Source: Desulfovibrionaceae bacterium
GTDB taxonomy: Bacteria; Desulfobacterota; Desulfovibrionia; Desulfovibrionales; Desulfovibrionaceae
Assembly (NCBI GenBank): GCA_015709315.1
Contig: JACCQI010000001.1
Span: 98,435-162,434, forward strand
DNA length: 64,000 nucleotides
Reading direction: 5' to 3'
Under the pieces are notes generated by a model. The model made no database searches and was not told the DNA's origin. It saw nothing but the letters and a program-made list of their open reading frames with translations. Of this stretch, positions 8,744 to 20,703 are shown piece by piece; positions within the stretch are counted from its first letter, which is position 1, and every line of letters starts with the position of its first letter. A program made the position numbers and the translations under genes.

Positions 8744-9777
8744 GCATCCGGCGCGAACCGTGGGGCGAGGCCGGGGCGCACCCCGTGGACCTGTACACCC
8801 TGACCTCGGCGAGCGGCATGGAGGTCTCGGTGGCCACCTACGGCGGCGTGGTCGTCCGGCTGGTCCTGCCCGACGGGACCGGCGTCACCCATGGTTACGA
8901 CGCCCTTGACGGCTACCTGGCGGACCCGTGCTATTTCGGCTGCCTGGTGGGGCGGGTGGGCAACCGCATCGGCAACGCCCGTTTCACCCTGGACGGCGTG
9001 GAGTACGCCCTGGACCAAAACCACGGCAGACACCACCTGCACGGCGGAGCCAAGGGGTTCCACACCCGCGTCTGGGAGGCCGAGGCCGGGGAGACCCCGG
9101 ACGGCCCGAAACTGCGCCTCTCCCGGACCAGCCCGGAAGGCGAGGGGGGATATCCCGGCACCGTGGAGGCCAGGGTGGAATACACCCTGCTGGAAAACGG
9201 CCTGCGCCTGGATTTTTTCGCCACCGTTGACAAGGCCACTCCGGTGTCCATGACCAACCACAGCTATTTCAACCTCTCCGGGGACCTCGGGGCGAGCTGT
9301 CTCGGCCACCGGCTGGCCATCCCGGCCGGGCGCATTCTCGAGACCGACGCGGACCTGATTCCCACGGGCGCGCTCATGGACGTGACGGGGACGCCCTTCG
9401 ACTTCCGGGATGGGGCCGCCGTCGGGGCGCGCATCGGCGAGGACCATCCGGCACTGCTCGCCGGGCGGGGGTACGACCACTATTTCGTGCTGGACGACGT
9501 TTTCGGCGGGCTTGCGAAGGGTGCCGAAGCCGTTGATCCGGCGTCCGGCCGGACCCTAACGGTCTGGACAACCGCGCCCGGCGTCCAGTTTTATTCCGGC
9601 AACCACATCCCGGCGGGCCTTTCCGGCCGGGACGGGGTTTGCTACGGGCCGTGTTGCGGATTTTGCCTGGAAACTCAAGGCTTTGTAGATGCGCCGAATC
9701 GCCCGGAATTTCCGCCGGTGACGCTCAAGGCCGGGACCGCAGGGAAACTGACAATAATGTACACGTTCATCGCGTAA
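8740..9777 (+). CDS. galM: Aldose 1-epimerase (galactose mutarotase)
   Basis: The ATG overlaps the regulator's stop (ATGA). Motifs [24 protein letters not shown] and NHSYFNL are typical of mutarotases. Confidence 0.9.
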   Translation: MSIRREPWGEAGAHPVDLYTLTSASGMEVSVATYGGVVVRLVLPDGTGVTHGYDALDGYLADPCYFGCLVGRVGNRIGNARFTLDGVEYALDQNHGRHHLHGGAKGFHTRVWEAEAGETPDGPKLRLSRTSPEGEGGYPGTVEARVEYTLLENGLRLDFFATVDKATPVSMTNHSYFNLSGDLGASCLGHRLAIPAGRILETDADLIPTGALMDVTGTPFDFRDGAAVGARIGEDHPALLAGRGYDHYFVLDDVFGGLAKGAEAVDPASGRTLTVWTTAPGVQFYSGNHIPAGLSGRDGVCYGPCCGFCLETQGFVDAPNRPEFPPVTLKAGTAGKLTIMYTFIA

Positions 9778-9814
9778 TGGCGTATGGTGCAATAAACAGG
9801 AGAGACGGTCAGAT

Positions 9815-10912
<1,098 letters not shown>

Positions 10913-10988
10913 TTTTGTGGTTTTGTAACCACTTGTTTTAATAGCTGATTGATTGGAAATATAATGTAAATCAATTCTGGAGGAACGT

Positions 10989-12308
10989 ATGAAGAAAGCT
11001 TTGTTGAGTTTGACGATGCTGGCGGCTTTCATGCTGCTTCTGGTCGGTTGTGGCGAAGCGCCGGAGAAAAAGGAAGCGCCTGCTCCGGCTCCCAAGGCCG
11101 AGGCAGAGGCTCCGGCTCCCGCTCCGGCCCCTGCCAAGGGCAATGACCTGGAAATCTTCTCCTGGTGGGCCGGCGACGAAGGCCCGGCCCTGGAGGCCCT
11201 GATTGATATCTACAAGGCGCAGAATCCGACTGTGAACGTCATCAACGCCACGGTCACCGGCGGCTCCGGCGTGAACGCCAAGGCCGTTCTCAAGACCCGC
11301 ATGCTCGGCGGCGAGCCGCCGGATTCGTTCCAGGTCCACGCGGGCCAGGAACTGATCGGCACCTGGGTCAAGGCCGACCGCATGGAAGACCTGACGCCCC
11401 TGTTCAAGGAAATGGGCTGGATGGACGTCTTCCCCGAGGGGCTGGTCAAGCTGATCGGCACCGATACGGGCATCTGGTCCGTGCCGGTGAACATCCACCG
11501 CTCCAACGTCATGTGGTACATCCCGGCCAACCTGGAGAAGTGGGGCGTGGAACCGCCCAAGACCTGGGATGACTTCTTCGCCGCCGCCGAGAAGCTGAAG
11601 GCCGAGGGCGTGGTGCCCCTGTCCCTGGCCCAGAACTGGACCGCCAACCACCTGTGGGAATCCGTTGCCCTGGCCTCCATGGGGGCGGACAACTGGGACG
11701 CCCTGTGGTCGGGCGACCTGGCCTTTGACTCCCCCGAGGGCGTGAAGGCGTGGGAACTGTTCGGCAAGGTGCTTTCCTACACCAACCCGGACGCCCCCTC
11801 CCTGTCCTGGCAGCAGGCCACGGACATGGTCATCGACGGCCGTGCCGCCTTCAACGTCATGGGTGACTGGGCCGCGGGCTACATGACCACCACCAAGAAG
11901 CTCGAACCCGGCACCGGCTACGGCTGGGAAGCCTCTCCGGGCACCGCGGGCGCGTTCATGTTCCTGGCCGACTCCTTCGGCCTGCCCAAGGGTTCGCCGC
12001 ACCGCGACAACGCCATTGCCTGGCTCAAGGTCCTCGGTTCCAAGGAAGGCTCCGATGCGTTCAACCCGATCAAGGGTTCCATCTCGGCCCGCACCGACTC
12101 CGACCTGACCAAGTACAACGCCTACCTGCAGTCCGCCGCCGCTGATTTCGGCAAGGACCGCGTGGTCGGTTCCCTGGCCCACGGCGTGGCCGCCAACGAG
12201 ACCTTCATGGGCGGATTCGCCTCCGTCATGGAGATGTTCATCAACACCAAGAACGCGGAAGCCGCCGCCAAGGCGTGCGCCCAGCTTGCCGCCAAGTCCG
12301 GCATCTAA
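10989..12308 (+). CDS. Extracellular sugar-binding lipoprotein of a CUT1-type ABC transporter
   Basis: Signal peptide with lipobox LLVGC, a Pro/Ala-rich linker ([20 protein letters not shown]), then a family-1 solute-binding fold ([18 protein letters not shown]). Confidence 0.85.
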   Translation: MKKALLSLTMLAAFMLLLVGCGEAPEKKEAPAPAPKAEAEAPAPAPAPAKGNDLEIFSWWAGDEGPALEALIDIYKAQNPTVNVINATVTGGSGVNAKAVLKTRMLGGEPPDSFQVHAGQELIGTWVKADRMEDLTPLFKEMGWMDVFPEGLVKLIGTDTGIWSVPVNIHRSNVMWYIPANLEKWGVEPPKTWDDFFAAAEKLKAEGVVPLSLAQNWTANHLWESVALASMGADNWDALWSGDLAFDSPEGVKAWELFGKVLSYTNPDAPSLSWQQATDMVIDGRAAFNVMGDWAAGYMTTTKKLEPGTGYGWEASPGTAGAFMFLADSFGLPKGSPHRDNAIAWLKVLGSKEGSDAFNPIKGSISARTDSDLTKYNAYLQSAAADFGKDRVVGSLAHGVAANETFMGGFASVMEMFINTKNAEAAAKACAQLAAKSGI

Positions 12309-12317
12309 CGTTTTAAC

Positions 12318-12373
12318 CGGGCGGCAATCCGTGCCGGGGGCCGATCCCCCGGCACGGCCGCCCGCCAATTTTT
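12318..12373 (+). terminator. Intra-operon hairpin (attenuator/partial terminator) after the binding-protein gene
   Basis: Nested stem gggcggc…ccgtgccggggg/cccccggcacgg…gccgccc, followed by CAATTTTT. It lies between the binding-protein gene and the first permease gene. Confidence 0.55.
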
Positions 12374-12386
12374 CGGGTAGGAAGGA

Positions 12387-13502
12387 ATGCGGGAAGCATC
12401 ACGAGACAGAATCAAGGCGTTCCTGACGCTTTTGCCGTCCATGATCCTCGTCGGCGTCTTTGTCTACGGGTTCATCGGCAATACCATCTGGACATCCATG
12501 ACCGACTGGGGCGGCATGGGCGCGCTGGCGCTCGACCCAGAAAAGAACTTCGTCGGCCTGGCCAATTATGTGGAACTGTTCACCGGATTTCTGGGCAGCG
12601 GGTTCCGCCAGGACCTGGTCAACGCGGTCTACTACTCGCTGATGCTGCTCGGAGGCGCCGTGGGGCTGGGCATGTTCATCGCCATCCTGCTGGACCGCAA
12701 GCCCAGGGGCGAGGACCTGCTGCGGACCATCTTCCTGTATCCCATGTCCCTGTCGTTCATCGTTTCCGGCACCATCTGGCGCTGGCTGCTCGCCCCCCAG
12801 GGCGGGGTCAACGTGCTGCCCACCTACTTCGGGCTTGAGCCGCTGACCTTCGACTGGCTGTCCAGCCGGAGCGCGATCCTGGTCTTCAACTGGCAGGATA
12901 TTTTGCGCATCCTGCTCTACGGGGTGTCCCTGGTCTGCATCCTCGCGGGCGTGGCGGTCCTGCGGAAAAACCGGCGGAAGGCCATGCGCCGGCTCGCGTC
13001 CGGAGTGGCCGTCGGCCTGTTCGTCTGGCTCTTCGGGGACGTCGTGCCGGACGCCTATATGATGCGGGAGGAGCACGGCTTCAACCTGGCCACGCTGGGC
13101 ATCATCATGGCCACCATCTGGCAGTACTCGGGCTACACCATGGCCCTGTACCTGGCCGGGTTCAACGGCATCTCCCAGGACCTGCGCGACGCGGCCATGC
13201 TCGACGGGGCCTCCGCCGCTGGCTACTACCGGCATGTGGCCATTCCCATGCTCAAGCCCATCACCATTTCGGCGGTCATCATCCTGTCGCACATCTCGCT
13301 CAAGATGTTCGACCTGATCTTCGCCATGACCGGCCCGGACAACGCCGAGACCGGCCACCCGGCGCTGAACATGTACCTGACCACCTTCCGGGCCAACGAG
13401 TTCGCCACGGGCGCGGCCATCGCCATCGTGCTTTTCCTGATCGCGGCCACTTTCATCGTGCCCTACCTGGTCAGCCAGTACCGGGAACGGGGGAGGCGCT
13501 AG
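12387..13502 (+). CDS. Sugar ABC transporter permease (MalF/UgpA-like)
   Basis: Multi-pass hydrophobic protein with the EAA-type loop [27 protein letters not shown]. Confidence 0.85.
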   Translation: MREASRDRIKAFLTLLPSMILVGVFVYGFIGNTIWTSMTDWGGMGALALDPEKNFVGLANYVELFTGFLGSGFRQDLVNAVYYSLMLLGGAVGLGMFIAILLDRKPRGEDLLRTIFLYPMSLSFIVSGTIWRWLLAPQGGVNVLPTYFGLEPLTFDWLSSRSAILVFNWQDILRILLYGVSLVCILAGVAVLRKNRRKAMRRLASGVAVGLFVWLFGDVVPDAYMMREEHGFNLATLGIIMATIWQYSGYTMALYLAGFNGISQDLRDAAMLDGASAAGYYRHVAIPMLKPITISAVIILSHISLKMFDLIFAMTGPDNAETGHPALNMYLTTFRANEFATGAAIAIVLFLIAATFIVPYLVSQYRERGRR

Positions 13503-13503
13503 C

Positions 13504-14331
13504 ATGAAACGACGCGCAATCACCCCCGGTTCCGTCCTGCTGTACGCCACCCTGACCCTGCTGGCGCTGTTCTTCCTCATGCCCGCCTACATGGCGGCCG
13601 TGACCGCGCTCAAGCTGCCCCAGGACATCAGCCTGCCCACCTCCTGGGAATGGCCCGCCACCCTCAACTGGGCGAGCTTTTCCCAGGCCATCGAACTGCT
13701 GAAGCCCAATTTCATCAATTCCCTCATCCTGACCGTCACCGCCACCATCGGCTCCACGGTGCTCGGGTCGCTCAACGGCTACGTCTTTTCCAAGTGGAAG
13801 TTCGCCGGTTCGGAGATCGTGTTCACCCTGTTCCTGTTCGGCATGTTCATCCCGTACCAGGTCATCCTGATCCCGCTCTTCCAGACCCTGCGGGCCATGC
13901 ACCTGTACGGCGGCCTGCCGGGGTTGATCCTGGCGCACATCGTCTACGGGTTGCCCATCACCTCGCTCATCTTCCGCAACTTCTACGCCCAGATACCCAC
14001 GGCGCTCGTGGAGTCCGCCCGGCTGGACGGCGCGGGCTTCTTCTCCATCTACCTGCGGGTGGTGTTTCCGCTCTCCATTCCGGGATTCGTGGTCACATCC
14101 CTGTGGCAGTTCACCCAGATTTGGAACGAGTTTTTGTGGGGCATCTGCCTGACCCGGCACGCGGACAATCCCATCACCGTGGGCCTGGCCCAACTGGCGG
14201 GCGGCCAGGCCGTGTCCTGGAACCTGCCCATGGCCGGGTCCATCATGGCCGCCGTGCCCGTGCTCTGCATCTACATCTTCCTGGGCCGCTATTTCATCCG
14301 CGGCTTGCTGGCCGGATCGGTCAAGGAATAG
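13504..14331 (+). CDS. Sugar ABC transporter permease (MalG/UgpE-like)
   Basis: Six hydrophobic segments and the EAA loop [27 protein letters not shown]. It starts 1 nt after the preceding stop. Confidence 0.85.
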   Translation: MKRRAITPGSVLLYATLTLLALFFLMPAYMAAVTALKLPQDISLPTSWEWPATLNWASFSQAIELLKPNFINSLILTVTATIGSTVLGSLNGYVFSKWKFAGSEIVFTLFLFGMFIPYQVILIPLFQTLRAMHLYGGLPGLILAHIVYGLPITSLIFRNFYAQIPTALVESARLDGAGFFSIYLRVVFPLSIPGFVVTSLWQFTQIWNEFLWGICLTRHADNPITVGLAQLAGGQAVSWNLPMAGSIMAAVPVLCIYIFLGRYFIRGLLAGSVKE

Positions 14332-14352
14332 GGGCGGGTCCCGACGACGCGA

Positions 14353-14388
14353 AAAGGCCCGGGCGATTCCGTCCGGGCCTTTCGATTT
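14353..14388. terminator. Bidirectional rho-independent terminator between convergent genes
   Basis: Stem aaaggcccgg / ccgggccttt with U-rich flanks on both strands (TTTCGATTTC on plus, TTTTCG on minus). Confidence 0.7.
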
Positions 14389-14403
14389 CAAAGGGATTTG
14401 CGG

Positions 14404-14532
14404 TTACTTGTCGTCTTCGCTGGAAGAATCTTCACGATTTTCGTCCTTGCTCTCCGAGAGGTTCTCGTCCCACAGCCCGCAGGTGTGGTCGATGCAGGAG
14501 AGACACGGACCGGGGTAATTCATGTTGGACAT
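14404..14532 (-). CDS. Unlisted 42-aa peptide with a CxxCxxHxC cluster and a strongly acidic Ser/Glu/Asp tail
   Basis: ATG at 14532, preceded by GGGAGG with a 5-nt spacer. Translation: MSNMNYPGPCLSCIDHTCGLWDENLSESKDENREDSSSEDDK. It ends at the bidirectional terminator. The track's 67-aa ORF 14404..14607 contains it. Confidence 0.5.
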   Translation of the reverse strand: MSNMNYPGPCLSCIDHTCGLWDENLSESKDENREDSSSEDDK

Positions 14533-14706
14533 GGTCGCCTCCCGGGTCGGTGTATCGATGTTCCGGGCAGTGCTCCCGGTCCTGATTACAAATGAATATC
14601 TTTGCATATACTGTGAGCTGAGATTCGACCGGCAAGGGGCGGTCGGGGGAAATCGCTTGTTTCTTCATCAAGGCCGCTTGTGGCGGGCCTGGGCGGGTGG
14701 CGGGTC

Positions 14707-15435
14707 CTATGCGTGCTTGTTGCAGTAATTGAGGAACTTCTGCGCTTCCACGAAGGACGGGTTGATCTTCAGGGCGCGCTCCAGGTTGGCGACGGTCTGG
14801 TCGTTGAGGCCCTTCTCGTAATAGACGCGGGCCAGGTTGAAGTAGACGTTTTCGTCGGTGTTGACGATTTCCAGGGATTTTTCGTAGTAGCGGATGGACT
14901 CGTCATAGTGGCCGTTTTTCCGCAGCGAGATGCCGAATTCGTTGAATTTCTGCCGGAACTGGTAGGTGAATGCCTCGTCGATGCCGAGCAGGGTGTCCAG
15001 CACCTTCTTGAGCTTGTCGTATTCCTTCTGCTCCGAGTAGACCTCGCCCAGCCCGTAGTTGGCCTCGACGTTCAGATCGTCGATCATCAGCGCCTTGATG
15101 AACTGGCGCTCGGCCTCGTCCAGGTCGCCTTTGGCAAAGGCCTCCTGGCCCATTTGAATCTTGCGGTTCAGGGTCTCCAGGGCGGGCACGGTGTGGACCC
15201 GGTAGAAGGCGGGTTCCGGCGTGTATTGGCGGAGGAAATCCATGTCCTTGAGTACCGAGCGGACGCCGGAAGGGACGTGGTGGGCATTGAGCGGCTGGAT
15301 CTCGAAATCTTCTTCGGAGAGCTGCCTGGCGTACCAGTAGGTGATGTTGTCGTGTTTGCCGACAGTGCCGCCGGTGCCGATTTCCGCGTCCAGCCGGAGG
15401 GAATAGACGCCGAGTATTTCAGGGTACTTGTTCAA
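14707..15435 (-). CDS. TPR-repeat protein with an uncharacterised ~95-aa N-terminal domain
   Basis: The C-terminal two thirds show repeated TPR signatures (AFAKGDLDEAERQFIKAL, NYGLGEVYSEQKEYDKL, YFNLARVYYEKGLNDQTVANLERALKINP). Confidence 0.8.
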   Translation of the reverse strand: MNKYPEILGVYSLRLDAEIGTGGTVGKHDNITYWYARQLSEEDFEIQPLNAHHVPSGVRSVLKDMDFLRQYTPEPAFYRVHTVPALETLNRKIQMGQEAFAKGDLDEAERQFIKALMIDDLNVEANYGLGEVYSEQKEYDKLKKVLDTLLGIDEAFTYQFRQKFNEFGISLRKNGHYDESIRYYEKSLEIVNTDENVYFNLARVYYEKGLNDQTVANLERALKINPSFVEAQKFLNYCNKHA

Positions 15436-15549
15436 GGGTGAATAATCCTCCTGGATCGTTTGCCGTAAAATAGGTCAACGTTAGTAAAGATAGCTAAGGT
15501 GCGCATGGAAATCAATAAATCATATCACTATTTGATATTGCATAACGGT

Positions 15550-15574
15550 AAAAAGCCCCGGAAGGGGCTTTTTA
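15550..15574 (-). terminator. Rho-independent terminator ending the pseudopilin (tadE/G) operon
   Basis: aaaaAGCCCCggaaGGGGCTtttt: a 6-bp GC stem with a tetraloop, flanked by an A-run and a T-run, so it could act in both directions. Confidence 0.7.
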
Positions 15575-15609
15575 CGTGGAGTATGGCGTTTCGGACCGAA
15601 ACCGGCCCG

Positions 15610-16077
15610 TCAATCACAGGGCTTCCAGGGTTCGTTGACCTTCCGGTCGTACCCGCGCAGGGGGATGGTGTCCGGCAGCATGGAGGCCACCAGGGGAGTG
15701 AACGGCTCGTACTGGTAGAGCACGGCCACCTCGGCCAGTTGGCACGGGCCGCCGGGGTCGTTGTCGATGCCGTCGCCCCCGGCGGAGAGGTCGGGCCAGG
15801 AGCGGACGGAGATTTCGTAGCTGCCGTGGCCCAGGGCGGTGAGTCCGGCCTCGGTGGCGGCGATGATCCGGGGCAGGCGGGTGCCTTCCTCGTCGCCCCG
15901 GCCCGTGGCCGCGAAGCGCGCGCCGATCTGGGCCGCCTTCTGCACGGTGAGCCAGGAATGGAAGGCATTGCCGCCCTCGATGACCACCATGATCAGCAGG
16001 AACATGATGGGCAGTACCAGGGCCGTTTCCACGGCTGTCGCGCCGAGCTTGCGGGAGTTTTTGGTGATGGTTCGCAT
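15610..16077 (-). CDS. TadE/TadF-like pseudopilin
   Basis: N-terminal motif KLGATAVETALVLPIMFLLIMVVIEGG, typical of the TadE-like family. Confidence 0.85.
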   Translation of the reverse strand: MRTITKNSRKLGATAVETALVLPIMFLLIMVVIEGGNAFHSWLTVQKAAQIGARFAATGRGDEEGTRLPRIIAATEAGLTALGHGSYEISVRSWPDLSAGGDGIDNDPGGPCQLAEVAVLYQYEPFTPLVASMLPDTIPLRGYDRKVNEPWKPCD

Positions 16078-16090
16078 GTCGGTGTCCTCC

Positions 16091-17368
16091 CTACAGCAGC
16101 CGCCAGCCGAGCTGTTTGCCGATCTGCTTGAAGATGTCCGGGATGTCGTACACCGAGGGCGCGTTGAAGAAGTGGTCGTCGGTGCCCTCCTTGCTGGAGG
16201 CGATCTGCTTCATGAGCGAGATGTCCACGTTGTCCGAGGAGCCGAACCGGATGGAGAAGATCTCGATGCCGGCATCCTTGGCCAGTTGCGCCTGGGCCAG
16301 CATGTCCGCATTGAGCACGCCGCCGTCGTCGCAGTGGGCGTCGGTCCGGCCCGAGCCGTAATAGGCGTTGGTCCAGTAGTTGTTGGGGTGGTAATAGACC
16401 CGGTAGGGTCCGCCGCACCCGCCGTCCTCGGTGTCGCCGTCGGTGAGCACGATCATTATCTTGCGGAAGTCCTCCCTGTCGCCGCCCTGGGTGAACGGGG
16501 GTTCGGGCGTGAGGATGTGCCGTCCCCACTTGATGCCCTCGGGGATGACCGTTCCAGACCATGCGCCGGTGGCGGACTGGGTGTTGATGGAGGTGATGAT
16601 CCGTGATTTGTCCTGGCTCAGGGGCAGGGCTTCGGGCAGGTCGGAGCAGGTGTCCAGGGTGACCTGGCGGCGCAGGTAGTAGGACAGGGCGTAGTAGTCG
16701 TCCATGAAGTCCTCGTGAATGCCCTCGTTCAGGGTGCCGTCGGCGTTGTAGCAGCCGGGCTCCAGGCTCTCGTCGCCCGCGCCGATGCGGACCTTGCCCT
16801 GGAAGGCCACCAGCCCGACCTTGGTGTCGGGGGTGGCGCCGTCGGGGATGAGCAGGTCGGTCAGGGCGATGGACGCTTCCTTGACCATGGCGATGGGCGT
16901 GCCCTTCATGGAACCGGAATTGTCGATGACGAAGACCACTTCGAGCTTGTTGAAGCCCGCGGCCGCGTGCGCCTCGACCACCGTGTCGGCCAGGCCGAGG
17001 ATGCCCATGAGCAGGAGGTTGACCTCGGCCTGGGCCGAGACCTCCACGCTGCGGATCTCGGTGCCCGCCTCCACGGCGGTCACTTCGGCGGCGTCCATGT
17101 TGGTCCCCACCATGTCTTCCACCGCCTGCCGGACAATGCCCTTGGACAGGTCGGGATCGTAGGGCAGTTGCAGGCTGCCCGCGAGCGCTCCGGCGTCCAC
17201 GGCGGCTTGCAGCCGGGTTTGGGTCATGTACATGTTGCCCACGTCGATGGCGAGGCCCGCCACCCCCAGAAGCACCGGGAGAAGCAGGGCCACCATGGTG
17301 CTGACCGTCCCCCTGCGGGAATTACGGCAGCGGCATCGTGGTCTGCGCAACGAATTGGATATCGTCAT
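16091..17368 (-). CDS. TadG-like pilus-associated protein with a von Willebrand factor A domain
   Basis: TadE/G-like N-terminus RRGTVSTMVALLLPVLLGVAGLAIDVGN and the MIDAS motif VVFVIDNSGSMKG. The annotated start overlaps the upstream tadE-like gene by 47 nt, so the exact start is uncertain. Confidence 0.8.
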   Translation of the reverse strand: MTISNSLRRPRCRCRNSRRGTVSTMVALLLPVLLGVAGLAIDVGNMYMTQTRLQAAVDAGALAGSLQLPYDPDLSKGIVRQAVEDMVGTNMDAAEVTAVEAGTEIRSVEVSAQAEVNLLLMGILGLADTVVEAHAAAGFNKLEVVFVIDNSGSMKGTPIAMVKEASIALTDLLIPDGATPDTKVGLVAFQGKVRIGAGDESLEPGCYNADGTLNEGIHEDFMDDYYALSYYLRRQVTLDTCSDLPEALPLSQDKSRIITSINTQSATGAWSGTVIPEGIKWGRHILTPEPPFTQGGDREDFRKIMIVLTDGDTEDGGCGGPYRVYYHPNNYWTNAYYGSGRTDAHCDDGGVLNADMLAQAQLAKDAGIEIFSIRFGSSDNVDISLMKQIASSKEGTDDHFFNAPSVYDIPDIFKQIGKQLGWRLL

Positions 17369-17714
17369 TGTCGTCTCCGAGCATGCCTTCCTCGCCGCTG
17401 CTACCGAAGGGCTTGTAGTTGTATGCCACCTTCACGGTGACGGTGTTGGCGACCGGGTCGGTGACCACGTCCGTGGACAGAGCGTCCTGGTCCAGGTCGG
17501 CGACCAGGGCGGACACCAGCGCATCCACGTCGGCGTCGTCGCCCTGCATGAGCACGTGGCGCGCGCCTTCGCGGCTGGCCTCGACCAGGGCGGAATACGT
17601 GTGCATGGCGTGGCTGCCTTCCGCCACCAGAAGGATCAGGAGGGCCAGGATGGGCAGCGCCAGGGCGAATTCCACCGCGGCCGTGCCCCTGCGTCCTTTG
17701 TCTCTCGTTCTCAT
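17322..17714 (-). CDS. TadE-like pseudopilin
   Basis: RRGTAAVEFALALPILALLILLVAEGS. An AAGGAG ribosome-binding site precedes the ATG at 17714. Confidence 0.85.
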   Translation of the reverse strand: MRTRDKGRRGTAAVEFALALPILALLILLVAEGSHAMHTYSALVEASREGARHVLMQGDDADVDALVSALVADLDQDALSTDVVTDPVANTVTVKVAYNYKPFGSSGEEGMLGDDNDDIQFVAQTTMPLP

Positions 17715-17773
17715 TCCCGTACTCCTTGATTATCCATTTTTCATTGGCTTGAAAGCCGTGTGCGGTTGAATAG

Positions 17774-17788
17774 GCAACGGTCGTGCCA
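17774..17788 (-). promoter_or_regulatory. Sigma-54 promoter (-24/-12) for the tadE-tadG-tadE operon
   Basis: The minus strand reads TGGCACGACCGTTGC, a perfect TGGCAC-N5-TTGC. It lies about 60 nt upstream of the ATG at 17714. Confidence 0.8.
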
Positions 17789-17897
17789 AAGTGTGCCGAG
17801 CGACGGCAAGACGTCATTCAACATCTTGTTATACAAAAGAAAAAAATTTTGTGACTCGAGGAGCGTTTTGGCCGTATGAGCAGAAGGCAAAGAAAAT

Positions 17898-17914
17898 ATC
17901 TATTTTTTGTGGAT
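17898..17914. promoter_or_regulatory. Candidate activator-binding palindrome ATCTA-N7-TGGAT
   Basis: ATCTATTTTTTGTGGAT, about 110-125 bp upstream of the tadE sigma-54 promoter. It has the same architecture as the two sites upstream of the flp promoter. Confidence 0.4.
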
Positions 17915-17979
17915 GTGTGGAGTCGATTCATGTACGGTGGCCTCCACGCGGGGGAAATGAATAACGCAGGAGAGCACCT

Positions 17980-19365
<1,386 letters not shown>

Positions 19366-19390
19366 GTACAGTCCGGCTTTCCGTTTTCTC

Positions 19391-19416
19391 AACGCCCCTC
19401 CGGCCGGAGGGGCGTT
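19391..19416 (+). terminator. Rho-independent terminator after the activator gene
   Basis: aacgcccctcc ggcc ggaggggcgtt: an 11-bp perfect stem, followed by CCATCTTTT. Confidence 0.7.
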
Positions 19417-19507
19417 CCATCTTTTGTGGTCCCCGGACCGTCTTTCGTCCCTCCTTCCCGCTGTGAAAAGACCTTTTTCGGTCCGTTTCGCAGTGTGGCT
19501 TTTGAAA

Positions 19508-19524
19508 ATCTATTTTTAGTAGAT
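19508..19524. promoter_or_regulatory. Candidate activator-binding palindrome ATCTA-N7-TAGAT
   Basis: ATCTATTTTTAGTAGAT has perfect 5-bp arms. It lies about 190-205 bp upstream of the flp sigma-54 promoter, in an AT-rich region. Confidence 0.4.
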
Positions 19525-19588
19525 ATTTATAACACGCTGTAATAAAATATTATTTTTTATTAATTTAGAGCATGGCGATTCGAAAACA

Positions 19589-19605
19589 ATCTATAAAAAA
19601 TTGAT
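19589..19605. promoter_or_regulatory. Candidate activator-binding palindrome ATCTA-N7-TTGAT
   Basis: ATCTATAAAAAATTGAT, about 110-125 bp upstream of the flp promoter. This is the same distance as site 17898..17914 from the tadE promoter. Confidence 0.4.
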
Positions 19606-19714
19606 TTCCGCCTGTTGCATAAGGGGCTGAACAAGAGTCTTTAGCGGGTGGTAATTTTTTTTATTCATTTAAATCAATATATTATAAATAAAAATGCAGG
19701 GAGGTTTTTTGCCG

Positions 19715-19729
19715 TGGCACACGGGTTGC
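19715..19729 (+). promoter_or_regulatory. Sigma-54 promoter (-24/-12) for flp and the downstream tad genes
   Basis: TGGCACACGGGTTGC is a perfect TGGCAC-N5-TTGC. It lies about 75 nt upstream of the flp ATG and is preceded by ~250 bp of AT-rich DNA. Confidence 0.85.
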
Positions 19730-19804
19730 TCTATGTGGGGCGTGGCTGGTGCTGAACACGCAAACAACGAAGTTAATTTTTTTAAAACCCCAAGGAGAAA
19801 GACA

Positions 19805-19996
19805 ATGACCAAGCTCATCAACCTGATCCGTGACGAAGAAGGCGCGACCGCCATTGAATACGGTCTGATCGCCGCCCTGATCGCTGCCGGCATCGTCGGC
19901 GCTACCATGGCCTTGGGTGGCCAGGTGGTTTCCACCTTCGAGTACATCGAAGATGAGATGGCCAAGGCCATCGCCGGCGACGAAGGCGGAGTCTAG
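19805..19996 (+). CDS. flp: Flp family type IVb pilin
   Basis: ATG at 19805 after AAGGAGAAAG. MTKLINLIRDEEGATAIEYGLIAALIAAGIV carries the Flp motif (G/ATAIEYGLI). 63 aa. Confidence 0.9.
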   Translation: MTKLINLIRDEEGATAIEYGLIAALIAAGIVGATMALGGQVVSTFEYIEDEMAKAIAGDEGGV

Positions 19997-20047
19997 GCTG
20001 AATGGAAAACCAGAGCTAACCGTTTAACGGAAGCAGCCAGAGCAGCC

Positions 20048-20088
20048 GAACCGGGGCTCGCGGGATCGGCCCGCCAGCCCCGGTTTTG
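20048..20088 (+). terminator. Hairpin with T-run after flp (likely partial terminator)
   Basis: gaaccggggct…agccccggtt followed by TTGTC. It lies between flp and the prepilin peptidase gene. Confidence 0.45.
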
Positions 20089-20142
20089 TCTCCGGGGGAA
20101 ACGGGGGCAGACAAATCGGCGCACAGGCACATCGGGGGAACC

Positions 20143-20691
20143 ATGAACATTCTCGTCACCATAGCGCTCGCAGTGGCACTCGTCACGGCCTCGGTCACCG
20201 ACCTCAGGGAGCAGCGCATCTACAACTGGCTCACCTTCCCGCTCATCATCGCGGGTTTCGCCACGCACACCGTGTTCGGCGGCTTGGAAGGGCTGAAGTT
20301 CGCCGCGAGCGGCTTCGGCCTGGGCTTCGCCGTCATGGTCGTGCCGTATTTCATGGGCGCGATGGGCGCGGGCGACGTCAAGCTCATGGCCGGCATCGGC
20401 GCATGGCTCGGGCTTGAGGCCACGTTTTCCGCATTTTTGCTCACCTGCGTCGCGGGCGGCGTCTACGCCCTCGCAATCCTGACTCTTGACCGCAAGGTCC
20501 TGAAGGCCGTGCTGGTGAACATCAAAAATGCCTTTTGCGTCTTCATGGCAACCCGCCGGTTCAACTTCACCCCCGTCCAGGCGGAAAGAACCATGCCGAG
20601 GCTTTGCTACGGCCTGGCCATCGCCGTGGGGACCTTCGCGGCCATGGGCATGCACGCCTGGCTGACGGGTTCCATACACAACGGGTATTAA
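20143..20691 (+). CDS. tadV: Prepilin peptidase, A24 family (CpaA/TadV)
   Basis: Trimmed to MNILVTIALAVALVTASVTDLREQRIYNWLTFP. The two catalytic Asp contexts are present (VTDL and GAGDVKLMAGIG). Confidence 0.85.
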   Translation: MNILVTIALAVALVTASVTDLREQRIYNWLTFPLIIAGFATHTVFGGLEGLKFAASGFGLGFAVMVVPYFMGAMGAGDVKLMAGIGAWLGLEATFSAFLLTCVAGGVYALAILTLDRKVLKAVLVNIKNAFCVFMATRRFNFTPVQAERTMPRLCYGLAIAVGTFAAMGMHAWLTGSIHNGY

Positions 20692-20703
20692 TGGAGTGAA
20701 GTC

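Noticed and set aside
9757-9770. Imperfect palindrome ATGTACACGTTCAT just upstream of the ABC transporter genes, considered as a possible second LacI operator
   Set aside because: Only 10 of 14 positions are self-complementary, and it shares few bases with the perfect operator CGCAAACGTTTGCG at 5287. That is insufficient to call.
10925-10945. Short inverted repeat GTGGTT-TTGT-AACCAC and a TATAAT-like box between the ABC ATPase gene and the binding-protein gene
   Set aside because: The stem is only 6 bp and AT-flanked, and no -35 box lies at a workable spacing from the TATAAT. This is too weak to call either an attenuator or an internal promoter.
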